Assembly (NCBI RefSeq): GCF_009914755.1
Contig: NC_060936.1
Direction: 5' to 3' (one strand)
Length of the DNA stretch: 64,000 nt
Source of the DNA: the human T2T-CHM13v2.0 reference genome, Homo sapiens
Positions 29,073 to 42,138 of this stretch are shown here, piece after piece. The notes under the pieces are model-generated. The model was not told the DNA's origin, made no database searches, and saw only the letters and a program-made list of their open reading frames with translations. The number at the start of each line of letters is the position of its first letter. The stretch's first letter is position 1. The position numbers were made by a program, and so were the translations under genes.

Positions 29073-29916
29073 GCTTGGACTGTAAAAGCCTATGACTGTC
29101 CAACTCAAAGACAACCTCTCAGGCCCCCTTACATGTATCAGCAGGAAGTCAGCTTTGAAAGCTATCCAACCCCAAGAAAACAGTACACTTTCCAATGTCC
29201 ACTTTAAATTTGGCCATGGAGAACAACAGACAATAGAGAACCTCCCAAAGGACATAACCAGAACCAGGGAGAACAAGTGATTTTCTCCTCCCCAAAGACA
29301 GTGAGGCAAGCTTGCCAGGAGGCTAACAAAGATCTTTTTCTACTGCCAGGATAAAAATCATCATGATTCCCACATACAGGATTTGACAGTTGCTAAGGAC
29401 AAGTAACTGCTAGGTTTCCTATCTTCCCCTTTCCAAATGGAGTATCTTTATCTTGCTTCTCCTCTGCTGCTGTCTTTTGGATGTGTTACCCCACCCCTAC
29501 TTATACAATGGATACAGTATCCACTGTATATTGGATCCGTATGTGGGCCATTAGTAGATGGCAAAGAAATTAGCTTTCAGATTGGATGTTCCAACCACAA
29601 GAATCCACATCAGAACTTGGGGAGAGAGCTGACTTCCCATCTCCCAAGTACAATAAATTATGAGATGGATGAAACGTGGTGAGGGAGTAGAGATGCTCCA
29701 TGGATGAAAAAGACAGTGCACATGGCAGTAACTGCTAAATGTCTCCCCAAATGCATATTCTTTTTCCTCCACAGTAATAGGGGTCTTAGCTAGGTATATG
29801 GTACCCTCTTTTGCTATAGGTGGTAACGTGTGACATGAGTTCTGACTAAAAGGCTGCAAGAAAAGTGATGTGTGCTACTTCCAGGTCAGTTCTTTCGAAG
29901 AAAAGAGCAGGTCCTC

Positions 29917-30332
29917 TATTGGAATTTGCATGTTTGTCTCCCACAAACTTCTGGTTGAAGTTTGATCCCCAGTGTTGGAGGTGAGGCTTAATAGGAGGTG
30001 TTTGGGTCATGGAGGTGGATCCCTCATGAATAGATTAATACCCTCCATGGCGGGGACCGGAGGCAGTGTGAGTGAGTTCTCTATTTGTTTCTGTAAGAAC
30101 TGATTGTTAAAAAGAGCTTGGAATCTCCTCCCTTCTTGCTTCCTCTCTCACCATGTAATCTCTGCATAATGCTGTTCCCCTTTACCTTCCATCGTAAGTG
30201 GAAGCAGTCTGAAGCCCTCACCAGAAGCAATGCTTCTTACAGCGCGCAGAACCATGACCAAATAAATCTCTTTTCTTCATACATTACTCATCTTCAGGTA
30301 TTTGCTTATAGTAACAAAAATGGACGAAGACA
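29917..30332 (+). mobile_element. MSTB-like LTR nested in the MLT1 3' LTR
   Basis: TTTGATCCCCAGTGTTGGAGGTG, GGATCCCTCATGAATAGATTAAT and a ...AAGACA end; TSD TCCTC/TTCTC. Confidence 0.85.
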
Positions 30333-31038
30333 TTCTCCCTGTTCCTCTTCCTGCTAGGCTGTACACATGGCAGTCTCCATCCATACACATTATATCAATA
30401 TCCTAGGGACAGCAAAGCCACAAGATAGAAGGAGCCTTAGTCCCCAGCACTGCAGATTCCCTACTAGCCCTGGACTGCAATAATAATTTCTCTTATTTAC
30501 ACACCTATTGTTTTGGATCTCAGAGCAGCTAAGTCTATAATCTAACTTACACATGCTTATAAAACTATGACAAGAAACTTTTACATTTGTTGTAAAGATA
30601 TATCTCTAGAATGGCTTTAAAATCCTATTCCAACTAAACTTCTGGTTAATTTAGATTGTGATTCACTACACAAAAATCAGTGTTTTGTAAAACCATTTAC
30701 TACCAGATACAGTGCTAAATTACTCCTTATTTTAAAACATAGGAAAGCTCTAAACATACTGAAACCTCACTGAAAGAAATGCATTCTCTAATAGAAATTT
30801 GTAAACACAGGTAAAAATGCCTTGAATTCTAAAATCTGGGAATTGTCCAATTTTAATGTAACACTTCTTAATATGTAAATTTTGTATTAGTACATATATG
30901 TTTTAGAGTTTGTTAGAACTGAAACTTTTCATCAGTTAATTTTCCTCTATTTAAAAAAAAACTTTAAATGTAAATGTCTGTCATACAGTGTAATATTTAC
31001 CAATACAGGTATTTGGTTACTTAATATTTATTCAGTAA

Positions 31039-31040
<2 letters not shown>

Positions 31041-31085
<45 letters not shown>

Positions 31086-31091
31086 CATACA
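31041..31091. repeat. (AC)n/(AT)n microsatellite
   Basis: Read directly; about 16 pure AC units. Confidence 0.97.
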
Positions 31092-32634
31092 TGCTGATGT
31101 CTCCTGAAAGCCTAAGAACAAAGAAAAATAGTTAATAATATTGTATATGTCCTTGATGTTTCACAGTTCACATATGCTTTTATGTACCTCTAATATACAA
31201 ACACTTGCTTTGTCCATTTAAGAGTCTGAAATCAATAAAGGGCAATATGGAATCATCCATGACACAAATTAGCTCAAAGGAACAACATGTGGTATAAACT
31301 GAGAAATAATGTGCACCATGGTGAACTTGCCAGATGCCCTAACTGGCAATTAAAATACAGGCTCCCATGCATCTATTTTCAATGGAGTCTGCTTGCCACT
31401 GCCACCAGTCCATAATACCCAAAAACCAAATCAAATTTGTGAGCAATTTATACCATAAAAGAACTTTGGAAGATAAGACACATTTACCGTAATCAGATAT
31501 CTTTTCCATTAAGCTCCAAGCCATGCCAAGATTTTGGGACCAACTGAGAGAATGACCACCTTCTTCTAGGAGCAGTACAATATATCCTTATCCATTACTC
31601 TTTTGGAGTGCAGGGCATTTTTTTTCTGAGGTATCTATTGTTATGAAGATGGATATCTTTTAAAATGTTAATTCACAGTAGTTTCAATAATTTAATTCAG
31701 GTTCCATTAATGACTACATATTTTGAAGATTTTTATATAGTGTCAACCCAACAGCCTATCCCTCTGCTCCAGATCTGCTGGGATGTCAAGCAATGTGGGA
31801 TGTGAGATGTTCACATCTTCCTCTTCTTCCCACACTACCCCACACACTATACACTTTCCCTTCATTCTGTACATTTGTCTGTCTCCCACACACACTTTCA
31901 ACCAAATTGTGTTTTAGGGACACTACTTGCATCTCAGATTCATCGTTGTATCTCTTCTCCCATACACCTAACCTCCTATATATAGCACTATGCTTCCCAT
32001 CTGGCAGGTTCTTAGGAAAATGAGAGAAGTAAGACTATGGAAACTATTCAAAATGGCAACAACAACAACAAAAAAACACCTAGGTTTTTTCTCACTTGTG
32101 CAATCCACACACTGTAAAACCTTTACAAAGTATGAGTATTCAGATCATTCCCATTATATTTTCATAGAAGTGAATGATTTAAATAAGAATTTTTAATGGA
32201 AGGAGAAAATTCTGGTTTAAAAAGACAATAGCACTCAATTTATGCTAATAAGAGGTGAATGATTCAAGTTTACGAGGAAAAGTAGAGACAAACAGGATTA
32301 CTGGATGTTAGATTTTATTTCCTTGAAGGTAGTCTTTATTTAGGAGACTAAAGTTTATTAAAAAAAAGAAAAAAATTAAAAACAATGAAAACCTAAGATC
32401 TAAACCTTGCTCCACCACAACATTGTGGGATAAACTTCATTTATGTTATACCAAACTATATTAAAAAGAGTATTCTATATAAAGTCATATATACACTGTA
32501 ATGTATAACCTACAAAAGATATTCAACAAAAACTACTTGACTGATTGCTTTAAAGAAGGAAAAAAATATATATATATTTGTCAGAATTGAAAGAGATGAT
32601 TAATAGCACTATTGGAAAAAAACAACAATATATG

Positions 32635-32840
32635 TCATTCAACAAGTGCCTACCATATATGCCAGTCATTTTATATGCATTATTTTTATTCAGTACAATA
32701 ATCCTAAGAAGTAGGTATTAATTTTACAAGTTGACATGTGACAAAAGTAAAACATAGACAGTTAAGTGCCAGAGAGAGCCAGAATTCAAGCCAATGCATG
32801 TCTTATTCCAAACCCTGTGAGTATTCTCTAGGTCACACTT
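32635..32840 (-). mobile_element. MIR fragment
   Basis: Antisense MIR motifs (AATCCTAAGAAGTAGGTATTA; AGAGCCAGAATTCAAG). Confidence 0.65.
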
Positions 32841-33321
32841 CCTGCCTAGCCACAGCCCTCACAATAGTGGTAACAGTATGATTATTATACTTGAGTAATT
32901 ATGATTAAAATAATTGAGTGTAATTATTATACTGAAGTCAGGATAGAAGGAGCCATAGCTAGAGTCTCAGTGTAACACATACTGATTCCATCACTGAAAC
33001 ACAACATAAATCTGGAAAGACGAGTATCCTGTGCTGTGCAAATCTATTTGGTTCCTGAGCTTAGATAGAGTTTCAATAACAAGCTCTAATAGCAAGAAAT
33101 TCCAAATCCATTTGGTTCTTAAGTTTTAGGTAGCAAATAGCAAGTTTGGATACTGAAGGATTCAATAAAAAAAATTTTTTTTTTCACTTCCTGAGTTCAG
33201 ATAGCTACAGTTCAGTTGACAAGCGATACTATCTATCTAAATGGGTTTTATAGTGTGCTCCCTATGCATCCTGAACTAAATTTAGTGGTGTATACAGAGG
33301 AGGTTTAAGACATTTGGTTCA

Positions 33322-33464
33322 CAGCTGGGCATGGTGGCTCACGTCTGTAATCCCAGAACTTTGGGAGGCCAAGATGGAAGAATCGCCTCAGCCCAGGAGT
33401 TTGAGACCAACCTGGGCAACATAGGAAGACCCTGTCTCAAATATAAAAAATAAAAATATAAAAA
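33322..33464 (+). mobile_element. FLAM_C-like monomer
   Basis: Left monomer plus A tail; ATTTGGTTC repeated on both flanks. Confidence 0.88.
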
Positions 33465-33599
33465 AGAATTTGGTTCCAAAGAGTTATAATCTACTTGGAG
33501 AAACAACTCTATCATACCTATGTATATGTAATCACATATATTAAATCTACAATAGTGTATGAAGTAAAAGCTAAATCAAATGCTAAAGACTGCAATTTT

Positions 33600-33904
33600 C
33601 GTTGTTGTTGTTGTTGTTGTTGTTGAGATGGAGTCTTGCTCTGTCACCCAGGCTGGAGTGCAGTGGCATAATCTCGGCTCACTGCAACCTCTGCCTCCCG
33701 GGTTCAAGCAATTTTCTGCCCCAGCCTCCTGAGTAGCTGGGATTACAGGCACCTGCCATTACACCCGGCTAATTTTTTGTATTTTTAGTAGAGACGGGGT
33801 TTCACCATCTCGGCCAAGCTGGTCTTGAACTCCTGACCTCATGATCCACCCACCTCAGCCTCCCAAAGTGCTGGGATTACAGGAATGAGCCACCGCACCC
33901 AGCC
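33600..33904 (-). mobile_element. AluS with an (AAC)n tail
   Basis: (GTT)n followed by an antisense dimer; TSD ACTGCAATTTT. Confidence 0.95.
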
Positions 33905-34643
33905 TTAAACTGCAATTTTTTAAAAGAAGCGATTGATAAAGATGGAAATAATCACAAAAGCACAAGTCAGGGGATAAGACACAGTAAATGTGGAAGGAAA
34001 AATCAGCAGGACCTGGGGATTAAAAGGATATTTCCAGCGAAGAGAGAGCAACATTAGTTAGAGCTAATTAACAGAGCTTAGAAAAAGTGCTGCCTGGCTT
34101 TTCATGAAAGAGTGACAAGAAGAGTGTGACATGAAGAATGAAAGAAAGAGTGACAAGAAGATTGTGACATAAATATATGTCTGGCTCTTCACACTGCCTG
34201 CAGCCACAGCATGCCTCAACCATCATTCTCCCAACCCCTGTTTGTATAACCACCAGCCAGTCCTACCAGGCTGCAGTGATGTGTGTGGTGCTTTTTGCTG
34301 CACATAAGGGAGATTACTCTGTTTGCTCAGCATTTCCTTGAAGGAGCTTTCACAAGAACATTTTCTTTTATAATCCAGTGGTCATTCCTTTGTTTCTTTG
34401 TGGCATACCCAGCTCTTGCACACCCTTTGTCAACCACTTATGTTTGCCAGAAAGTGAAATAAATGGCAGTAAAATAAATGCAAAGGCCAAAGTGAAGTGC
34501 ATGCAAGTTAGAAAAACTTCTTCAGTTCAGGACAAGGAGGTAGTTGGTGCTCTTGTTGGTTGAGAGCATTTGCAGCACTGTGCACTCATATGTTCAAGTG
34601 CTGAGAGAATTCAGCACCATGTGTTACACTGGCTGTCACTGGT

Positions 34644-34905
34644 AAGACAATAAAATAAAATTCAGATTGTGGGAAAATATGTACTATTAATGAGCCATAC
34701 TAGATGTTTACATAAAAAAGATCAACATTTTAAAAGAAATTTTAAAAGAAAAAGACAATAAAATAAAAAGATAATAAAATAAAATAAAAAGGTAATAAAA
34801 TAAAATAAAGACAATAAAATAAAATTCAGATTGTGGGAAAATATATACTATAAATGAGCCATACTAGATGTTTACATAAAACAAGGATCCACATTTTAAA
34901 AGAAA
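34644..34905. repeat. Local duplication of about 96 bp with an A-rich spacer
   Basis: Copies at 34644-34739 and 34808-34905. Confidence 0.95.
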
Positions 34906-34943
34906 ATGTTTCTGAAATAAATAGCATTCTAAGGAAATTGCTG

Positions 34944-35514
34944 TGTAGGGAACCCAGTTTTTGGTCTTCTGAAGATCCTTCAGCCCTACCTGCATCACCT
35001 CCTAACCTTGTCAGCTGTCTCAGCCTCGCCTGGAGGGAGGGCTGAGCTCCTGGCACTGTGCAAGACCTGCAGCAGTATGGCACCAGACTTGGTCTGACTA
35101 GACTCACAAAAGCCCTTGCACTTCCCACCATTTCTAGACACAAATGAAGGCTGCTCCATGGGGTTGCAGGATCTGGCTTCCCAGTAGCTTCTGGAATGAG
35201 TAGCAGAACCCAGCAGGGCAGGAGGCAAATGCTAACCAATAGAAGGCAAGAGATAAGAAAAAGGCACAGATAAATTATTTCCCTTTCCTCCCTCCAATGG
35301 ACTAATCCCAAATGAGTGTTTCCATATGGGTTGTCCAGAGACACCCCTGGTGACTTGGCTGTGTTCGCAACTCCATTATGTGTCACCTTGTATTTGCCAT
35401 TCCGTCTTCTCTGCCTTGCTTCATTTTTCCCTCACTTCTGTTACACTGTTATTTCCCCACTTGGTAGAGCACAAGCTTCTAGGCACAGTTGTCTAGGAAA
35501 CCCAGCCTAAGATA
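34944..35514 (+). mobile_element. Old ERVL-type LTR (LTR41/50/52 group)
   Basis: TGTAGGG start and a CTAGGAAACCCAGCCTAAGA end typical of this group; subfamily uncertain. Confidence 0.6.
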
Positions 35515-36639
35515 GTCAGTATTAAACTAACTGAGGCAATTTTTTAATGCTTTCCCAAAAGTATTAAGAGAAAAAGAATAAATTTTTAACTATTTCTGTG
35601 CTTGCAGTGGAGTGAGGAGAAAGGGAACTAATACAGGTTGGACATTTACAATGTGCCTGGCACTGAGGTTAATAACATGACATGAAATAACATGAAAATC
35701 ACAACTGGGTTTTCATGTAATTTCATGTAATGTCATTTAACCCTCACAATAAACCATCCAATTTTATTGATGAAGAACAAGGAAATATAAATAGAAGTAG
35801 GCGGGCTTTTAACTTGGAACGCTGAGCTCAGCATAGCAATACAAGCATTGCAGCTTGGATTCAGTGTTGTAGTCAGCCAGACCAGGTCAGGCATATTCCG
35901 GAACTCAAGTATCTATACTACTAAACCAATCTGCAGGAAATCCATTAGTCCTCCTCATTTTGAATGCTTGGTTTCATCTCTTTTTCATTCCTCCATTCAG
36001 ATGCTAATCAAAGCTCTGCAGCAGCCAGGCAGCGCTTTTTCTAAGCCAATTCTTCTGAAAGTCTTGCAGAGCATGCAATACATAGGTCATCTTCACATCA
36101 AATGCTGCAGTCTTTGTCTATTTACCGTTTTGAAGCAGAAAACCTGTTGAATTTCACCTAATTTAAACTTCATTTTCATTAACCAAATCTTTAAAGAAAC
36201 TGCATGTGGCTCTATCCAAGCAATCCCTCTTACTGCTTTTGGCAAACGTCTTTATAAATAATTAGACATAAATAAAACATTGGCTTGCATTTTTGTTAAT
36301 TTTGCTGTAGATTTACAGAATAATCACAAACACTGACATAGCACATGCTATGTACCAGGCACTGATTTACATAGTTTACATTAGTTCCAATCTTAAGACT
36401 GGAACTAATTAGTTACAATCTCAAGACTTGAAAAGATCTTAAAGATCTTGGAATACAACCCCAGTGACTGCTTAAATCCCCTCCATGATAATGTCACAAG
36501 AATATATTTCACTGAGTAGAAGAGCTCCCGCACTGGAGTCAGAAAACCCAGATCTACCACTTTTTGTCAGGTGATTATGTAATATTGGCATGGCAATTTC
36601 AGGTGTCATTGCCTTTGATTCTCACAGCGACCTAATATA

Positions 36640-37390
36640 TAGTTACAGCTCTGAAATCTTCATCTCCATCCCAATCTCTTTTCTAAAGAAGGGATGGGGG
36701 GCGGGGGAGTTCCTGAAACCCCCATATATATCGAAGGACAACTAAACTTTCTTCACACATCTCTGCTCTTCCCACACCAATCCCTAGCTCCGTTAACGAG
36801 AAATGCTAGTCTTCCTAGCCTTCTTCTCTCTTACCTATCTCACACCTAATCCATTATGAAGATCTCATTGTGTCTGTGTAAAATCTCTCAAACCATCTTC
36901 CCCATCCCAACTATTAGCTCAGTTCAAAGCCATGTCTCACCTAGACAATAGCAATAATCTTCTCATTGTTCTCACTACCTCCGCTCAGCCCATTTCCCCG
37001 TCCACTACCATACATATATTTTAAACTGCTTTCCATAAACCTGCTAGAACAACCTTTTAAAAACATCAAATTTAGTAAAAATTCTAATTTTCCTATTTAA
37101 ATCTCTTAGTAGCTCCCCATTACCTTTAAAGCTAGGCTGACTCATTTCTGCCTTCAAATACTTCAAGCTCTTTCTCTTTCCATTGCTCTAGAATTGTTCT
37201 ATCCTCTGCCTGAAATGCCCATCCCCACCCCGCTCATCCCACCCACCCGCTTCTTCACCGCATTACTTCCGTTAGGCCAATCCTCATCTCCTAAGGTTAA
37301 AGCTTCTTCCGCCATGTTTCCATACCGCCATATTTCCATAGCATTTTCATTTATCTGTCTAGCTGTGTATTTTCTGTGTTCTACGACCAT
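36640..37390 (+). mobile_element. L2 fragments
   Basis: L2 3' region motifs (TCTCACCTAGAC..TAGCAATA; GCTCCCCATTACC; CCTCTGCCTGAAATGCCC). Confidence 0.65.
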
Positions 37391-37396
37391 AACCTA

Positions 37397-38221
<825 letters not shown>

Positions 38222-38615
38222 CCATGAGATCCCTAAGGTCCCCAAGGGTTTTCATCTTTTATCTTCAGTACAAAGCAACAGCCAAAACTTAATAAATGTG
38301 GAAGTAAATGAATGAACAATTCAACAATTGATCTTACTAAACAAAACGTTATATTTTTACGTCCCTAAGCAGGAAGCATAATGTTTTCCTCAGATAATGA
38401 ATTAAAATGGTTAAGAAATAGAGTAATTATATGGGTACACACGTATATATACTTGCGCACTAAATTATTATATAATAGAAATTGAGGGGGCCTGAAAGAA
38501 TACTTACGATAACTCCCTCATTTTATAGAGAAGAAAAGTCAAGCCAGGAGAGACGAAGTAATTTGCCCAAGTTCCCAAACTGGGGAAGACATATGTAATG
38601 TCTTTGGGTAGACAT

Positions 38616-39080
38616 AGAAATATGTAAATATTTGCAGCATTATTCAAAAATAACCAAAAACTAGGCACAATGCAAATATTTATCAATTGGTGAATGAATG
38701 AAGTGCGGTATAACCATACAATCCAACACTGCTCTGCAATAAAAAGGAATAAACTACTGACACATGCCACAACGTGAATAAACCCCAAAAACATAATGCT
38801 AAGTGAAATACACCAAACTCAAAAGACTAAATAAATAGTGTATGATTTTATTTATTTAAAAAATTTCTAGAAAAGGCAAAATTACATAGAAAACAGGATC
38901 TGTAGTTGCCTGAGACCGACTATTTATTAGTAAATACAACAGAACTTCTTGACAAGTGTTTTAAAACTGGATTGTGATGATGGTCACACAACTGCATCAA
39001 TGTACTAAATTACTGAACTATATACTTGCATTGGGTGAATTTTATGGTCTATAAATTATACCCCAATAAAACTGCTAAAA
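38616..39080 (+). mobile_element. Old L1M (MB/ME) 3' end
   Basis: GCAGCATTATTCA..AATAACCAAAAA, AAAAGGAATAAACTACTGA and AAATTATACCCCAATAAA. Confidence 0.88.
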
Positions 39081-40184
39081 TACTTGTTTTGGTTCTTTAT
39101 AATGCATAGCATAATGTTTGTGTTCAATACTTTTTTTATTTGAAGAACCACAATTGATGGGAAATAATACTAAATTATTTTAAATTATAATGTCTACAGC
39201 AGTGTTTTTCAAAATATAGTGAAACACATATCAGGATAATATTGAGAGCTAGGTAAAACTACACACTCACTTCCACCTTCATTCTTAGCCCCCATCCAAA
39301 CCACCCCCCATAGAGCTGATTCACCTTAACCAACTCTATTTTTTTCCACAGTACTTACCACCCTCTAATATATTATGTAATTAACTTATTTAATATGTGA
39401 TTGCTCTTTTCTCTGCAGCGACTCCCAAGGCTCCAAGACAGTAGTACTGACATATTCCTATGACCCAGAACAGTTCCTGGTACATACTGTAGGTACTCAA
39501 GCATTTGCTGAATGAGTGAAATTCAGGTTCCTGAGCCTCACCGAAGGAAGCCAAACAAACTGTTGTAGTAGTAGGGCCCTGGGATCTATATCTTCACCAA
39601 TTCCCCCAAATAATAACACGAACGTTTGGATCCACTGGCCTACAAAGAGTCTAGCTCTTCACACATGGCCATAGCAACTCAAGTGGTGGCAAAAATAATC
39701 TAATGACAGGCACTATCCAGAAACATGTAAATAGCTGAATGCAGAGCTTACAGACTTAACACAATGGTAGAATGTGTTCCTCAGATTTTGAGTATGACTT
39801 ACAAAGTTTTGCCTCAACCACAGCCAGCCACACAAATCTGACACAATATTCTTAGCCAGACTTTTAAATTGTATGCCCAGGGGCTCTTCTATAACCACAA
39901 GTAAAATTGACATCCAAAAACGATTGTTCTAACTGTAATTCTGTCTTCAAACTCAAAGTAATTGACACATTCTTATTATCTATGGTACAACAATGTTGTA
40001 TACACTATGCTAAATATGTACTTGAGTGTTCTAGGAAATTTACACTCTACATTTTAAAAACCATCATAGGGAGAAAGGCCATTGAATCTTGGTTTCAAGT
40101 GGCCATCTTTCGTACTGAATGATACTTCATGAAGAAGTTCTTTTACATGAACTCATGCACAAAGATATAAACACACAAAAAATA

Positions 40185-40405
40185 GGCCGGACATGGTGGT
40201 TCATGCCTGTAACCCCAGCACTTTGGGAGGCTGAGGCAAGAGGATCACTTGAGCTCAGGAGTTTGAGACCAGCCTGGGCAACACGGCAAGATCTCTTCTC
40301 TACTAAAAATTTTAAAAATTAAACAGGCATAGTGGCATGCGCCTGTAGTCCCAGCTACTCAGGAGGGTGAGGCAGGAGAATTGTTTTAGGCTAGGAGATC
40401 AAAAA
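40185..40405 (+). mobile_element. AluJ, 3'-truncated
   Basis: Left arm plus part of the right arm. Confidence 0.88.
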
Positions 40406-40676
40406 GGAGATCAATAGAAGGTAGTTGAAGAGCCCAAGTGAGAGGATTACAGAAGTATCCTTGGAGTAAGAGGGTTACAGAAAGAGAGGGAACCACAACT
40501 TCAAAGGCCCTATAATGTGAATTTGGTTTTGAAAATATGTAATTCTGCTATAGAAGATGAATAAGTATATAGTTTACAAGACCTAGGTAACACTTTACCA
40601 TAGAAAAGTAATCAGTAAATAAGTAGCTTGTGAGACAGGCAGAATTCATAAGATGCATTGAGTATAAAGGGAAATT

Positions 40677-41280
40677 CAGTCAGCCCTCTATATCCCCAGG
40701 TTCCACATCTGTGGATTCAACCAACCAAGGATCAAAAATACTCAAAAAAATTAAAAATAACACAATAAAAAAACAATAAAAATACAAATTTTAAAAATAC
40801 AGTATAATGTCTGAGAGCGGTGACTCATGCCTGTACTCCCCACACTTTGGGAGGCTGAGGCAGGAGAATCACTTGAGCACAAGAGTTCAAGACCAGCCTA
40901 GGCAACACAGAGAAACCCCATCTCTACAAAAAAATACAAAGTGGACATGGTGGCATGCACCTGTAGTCCCAGCTACTCTGGAGGCTGAGGCTGCAGCATC
41001 ACTTGAATCAAGGATGTCGAGGCTACAGTGAGCCAAGATCACAGCAAGATTCCATCAAAAGAAAATATAGTATAACAATTATTTACATAGCATTTATATT
41101 GTATTTTGTATTATAAGTAACCTAGAGATGATTTAAAGTATATGTGAGGATGTGTGAGTATATATGCAAATATTATGCCATTTTATGTAAGGGACTTGAG
41201 CATCCACAGATTTTGGTACCCACAGGGGACAATGAGGTATGGCTGGAACCAATTCCTCAGGGATACCTTGGGACATTTGT
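40677..41280 (-). mobile_element. MER2-like Tigger MITE split by an Alu (40808-41061, + strand)
   Basis: Antisense MER2 halves on both sides. Alu TSD AAAATA(C/T)AGTATAA at 40794-40807 and 41062-41075. Confidence 0.85.
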
Positions 41281-42138
41281 AGTTAATAAGTCTAGTATCT
41301 ATCCCTAAATAGAGACAGAATGGAAGGAACAAGAGAAATCTACATTGATGAGGCACTAAATATGCAAAAAGCACCTAATATTCATGAAGTTGTAAATATA
41401 ATGAGGTATCTGATGCATTTAACATTCATAATACATTATATAAACATGAGACATATGAGACACTCTGTATGCACGAGGTCTTAATTTGGTTATCCCACAT
41501 CTTCTCTCCCCCAAGTAACAAATAAAACCCAAAGCTGCTCAGCAGGCTAATTGGCAAGCTACAGCTGAGGCCAGGCATACTTGCCCCTGTGTCTCTCTGA
41601 TAGGCCCCTAGGCATCTTCCATGTGATTGGGCCTCTCACTCACCTCAATTCGGATCCTCTCTGCTGATAATTGGCCCTGCTGAAAAGATGGATTTCACAC
41701 TTCTGACAACCAGTAGCAGAAAGCATTTATTTACTAGAAGTTGAAGGAATTAAAATATATTTTTATGTGACTCCACCCCAATTAATTTATTTTACATCTT
41801 ACTGAAATTAAAGGGAAAGAAGGGGGATAAATTGCCACCATTTATCATTTATATATTTATTCTATTTACCACATGTACCTCATGTGCATAACATCGACAC
41901 AAAGCTCTTTGCTAATAAGTGAAAACACTAATACAGAAACAAAGCCAAGAGAATGCTACACAAAAAATTCTTCCTGGTTTAGTGAAAATCCCTAGTCCTA
42001 AGGCTTTAAAGCTATTTTCCACGGTTTACAATTTTCTTTACTTATGGTTGAAAGTTATTAATGCTCAGCCTCTACTTTAGGTGATGAGAAGGAGAGCTGA
42101 GAGTCCAAGATCTTTTAAATACCAGAAGGGGAGAGTCT

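Larger units (their letters stand above)
27932..30553 (+). mobile_element. Complete MLT1J-like MaLR element (LTR-internal-LTR)
   Basis: 5' LTR about 27932-28365, followed by an MLT1-int start motif; second LTR about 29720-30553. Outer TSD TGTTT/TGCTT. Confidence 0.7.

Noticed and set aside
34254-34635. Possible DNA transposon with CAGCCAGT/ACTGGCTG terminal inverted repeats
   Set aside because: Only 8 bp of TIR, no matching TSD, and I could not recognise the family.
34826-35386. Longest ORF in the track (186 aa, minus strand)
   Set aside because: It lies across an old LTR, has no recognisable domain and has no splice or promoter support.
35840-36300. Non-repeat-looking stretch with a 100-aa + strand ORF; possible conserved element or exon
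   Set aside because: No convincing splice-site pair or domain, and conservation cannot be judged from one sequence.
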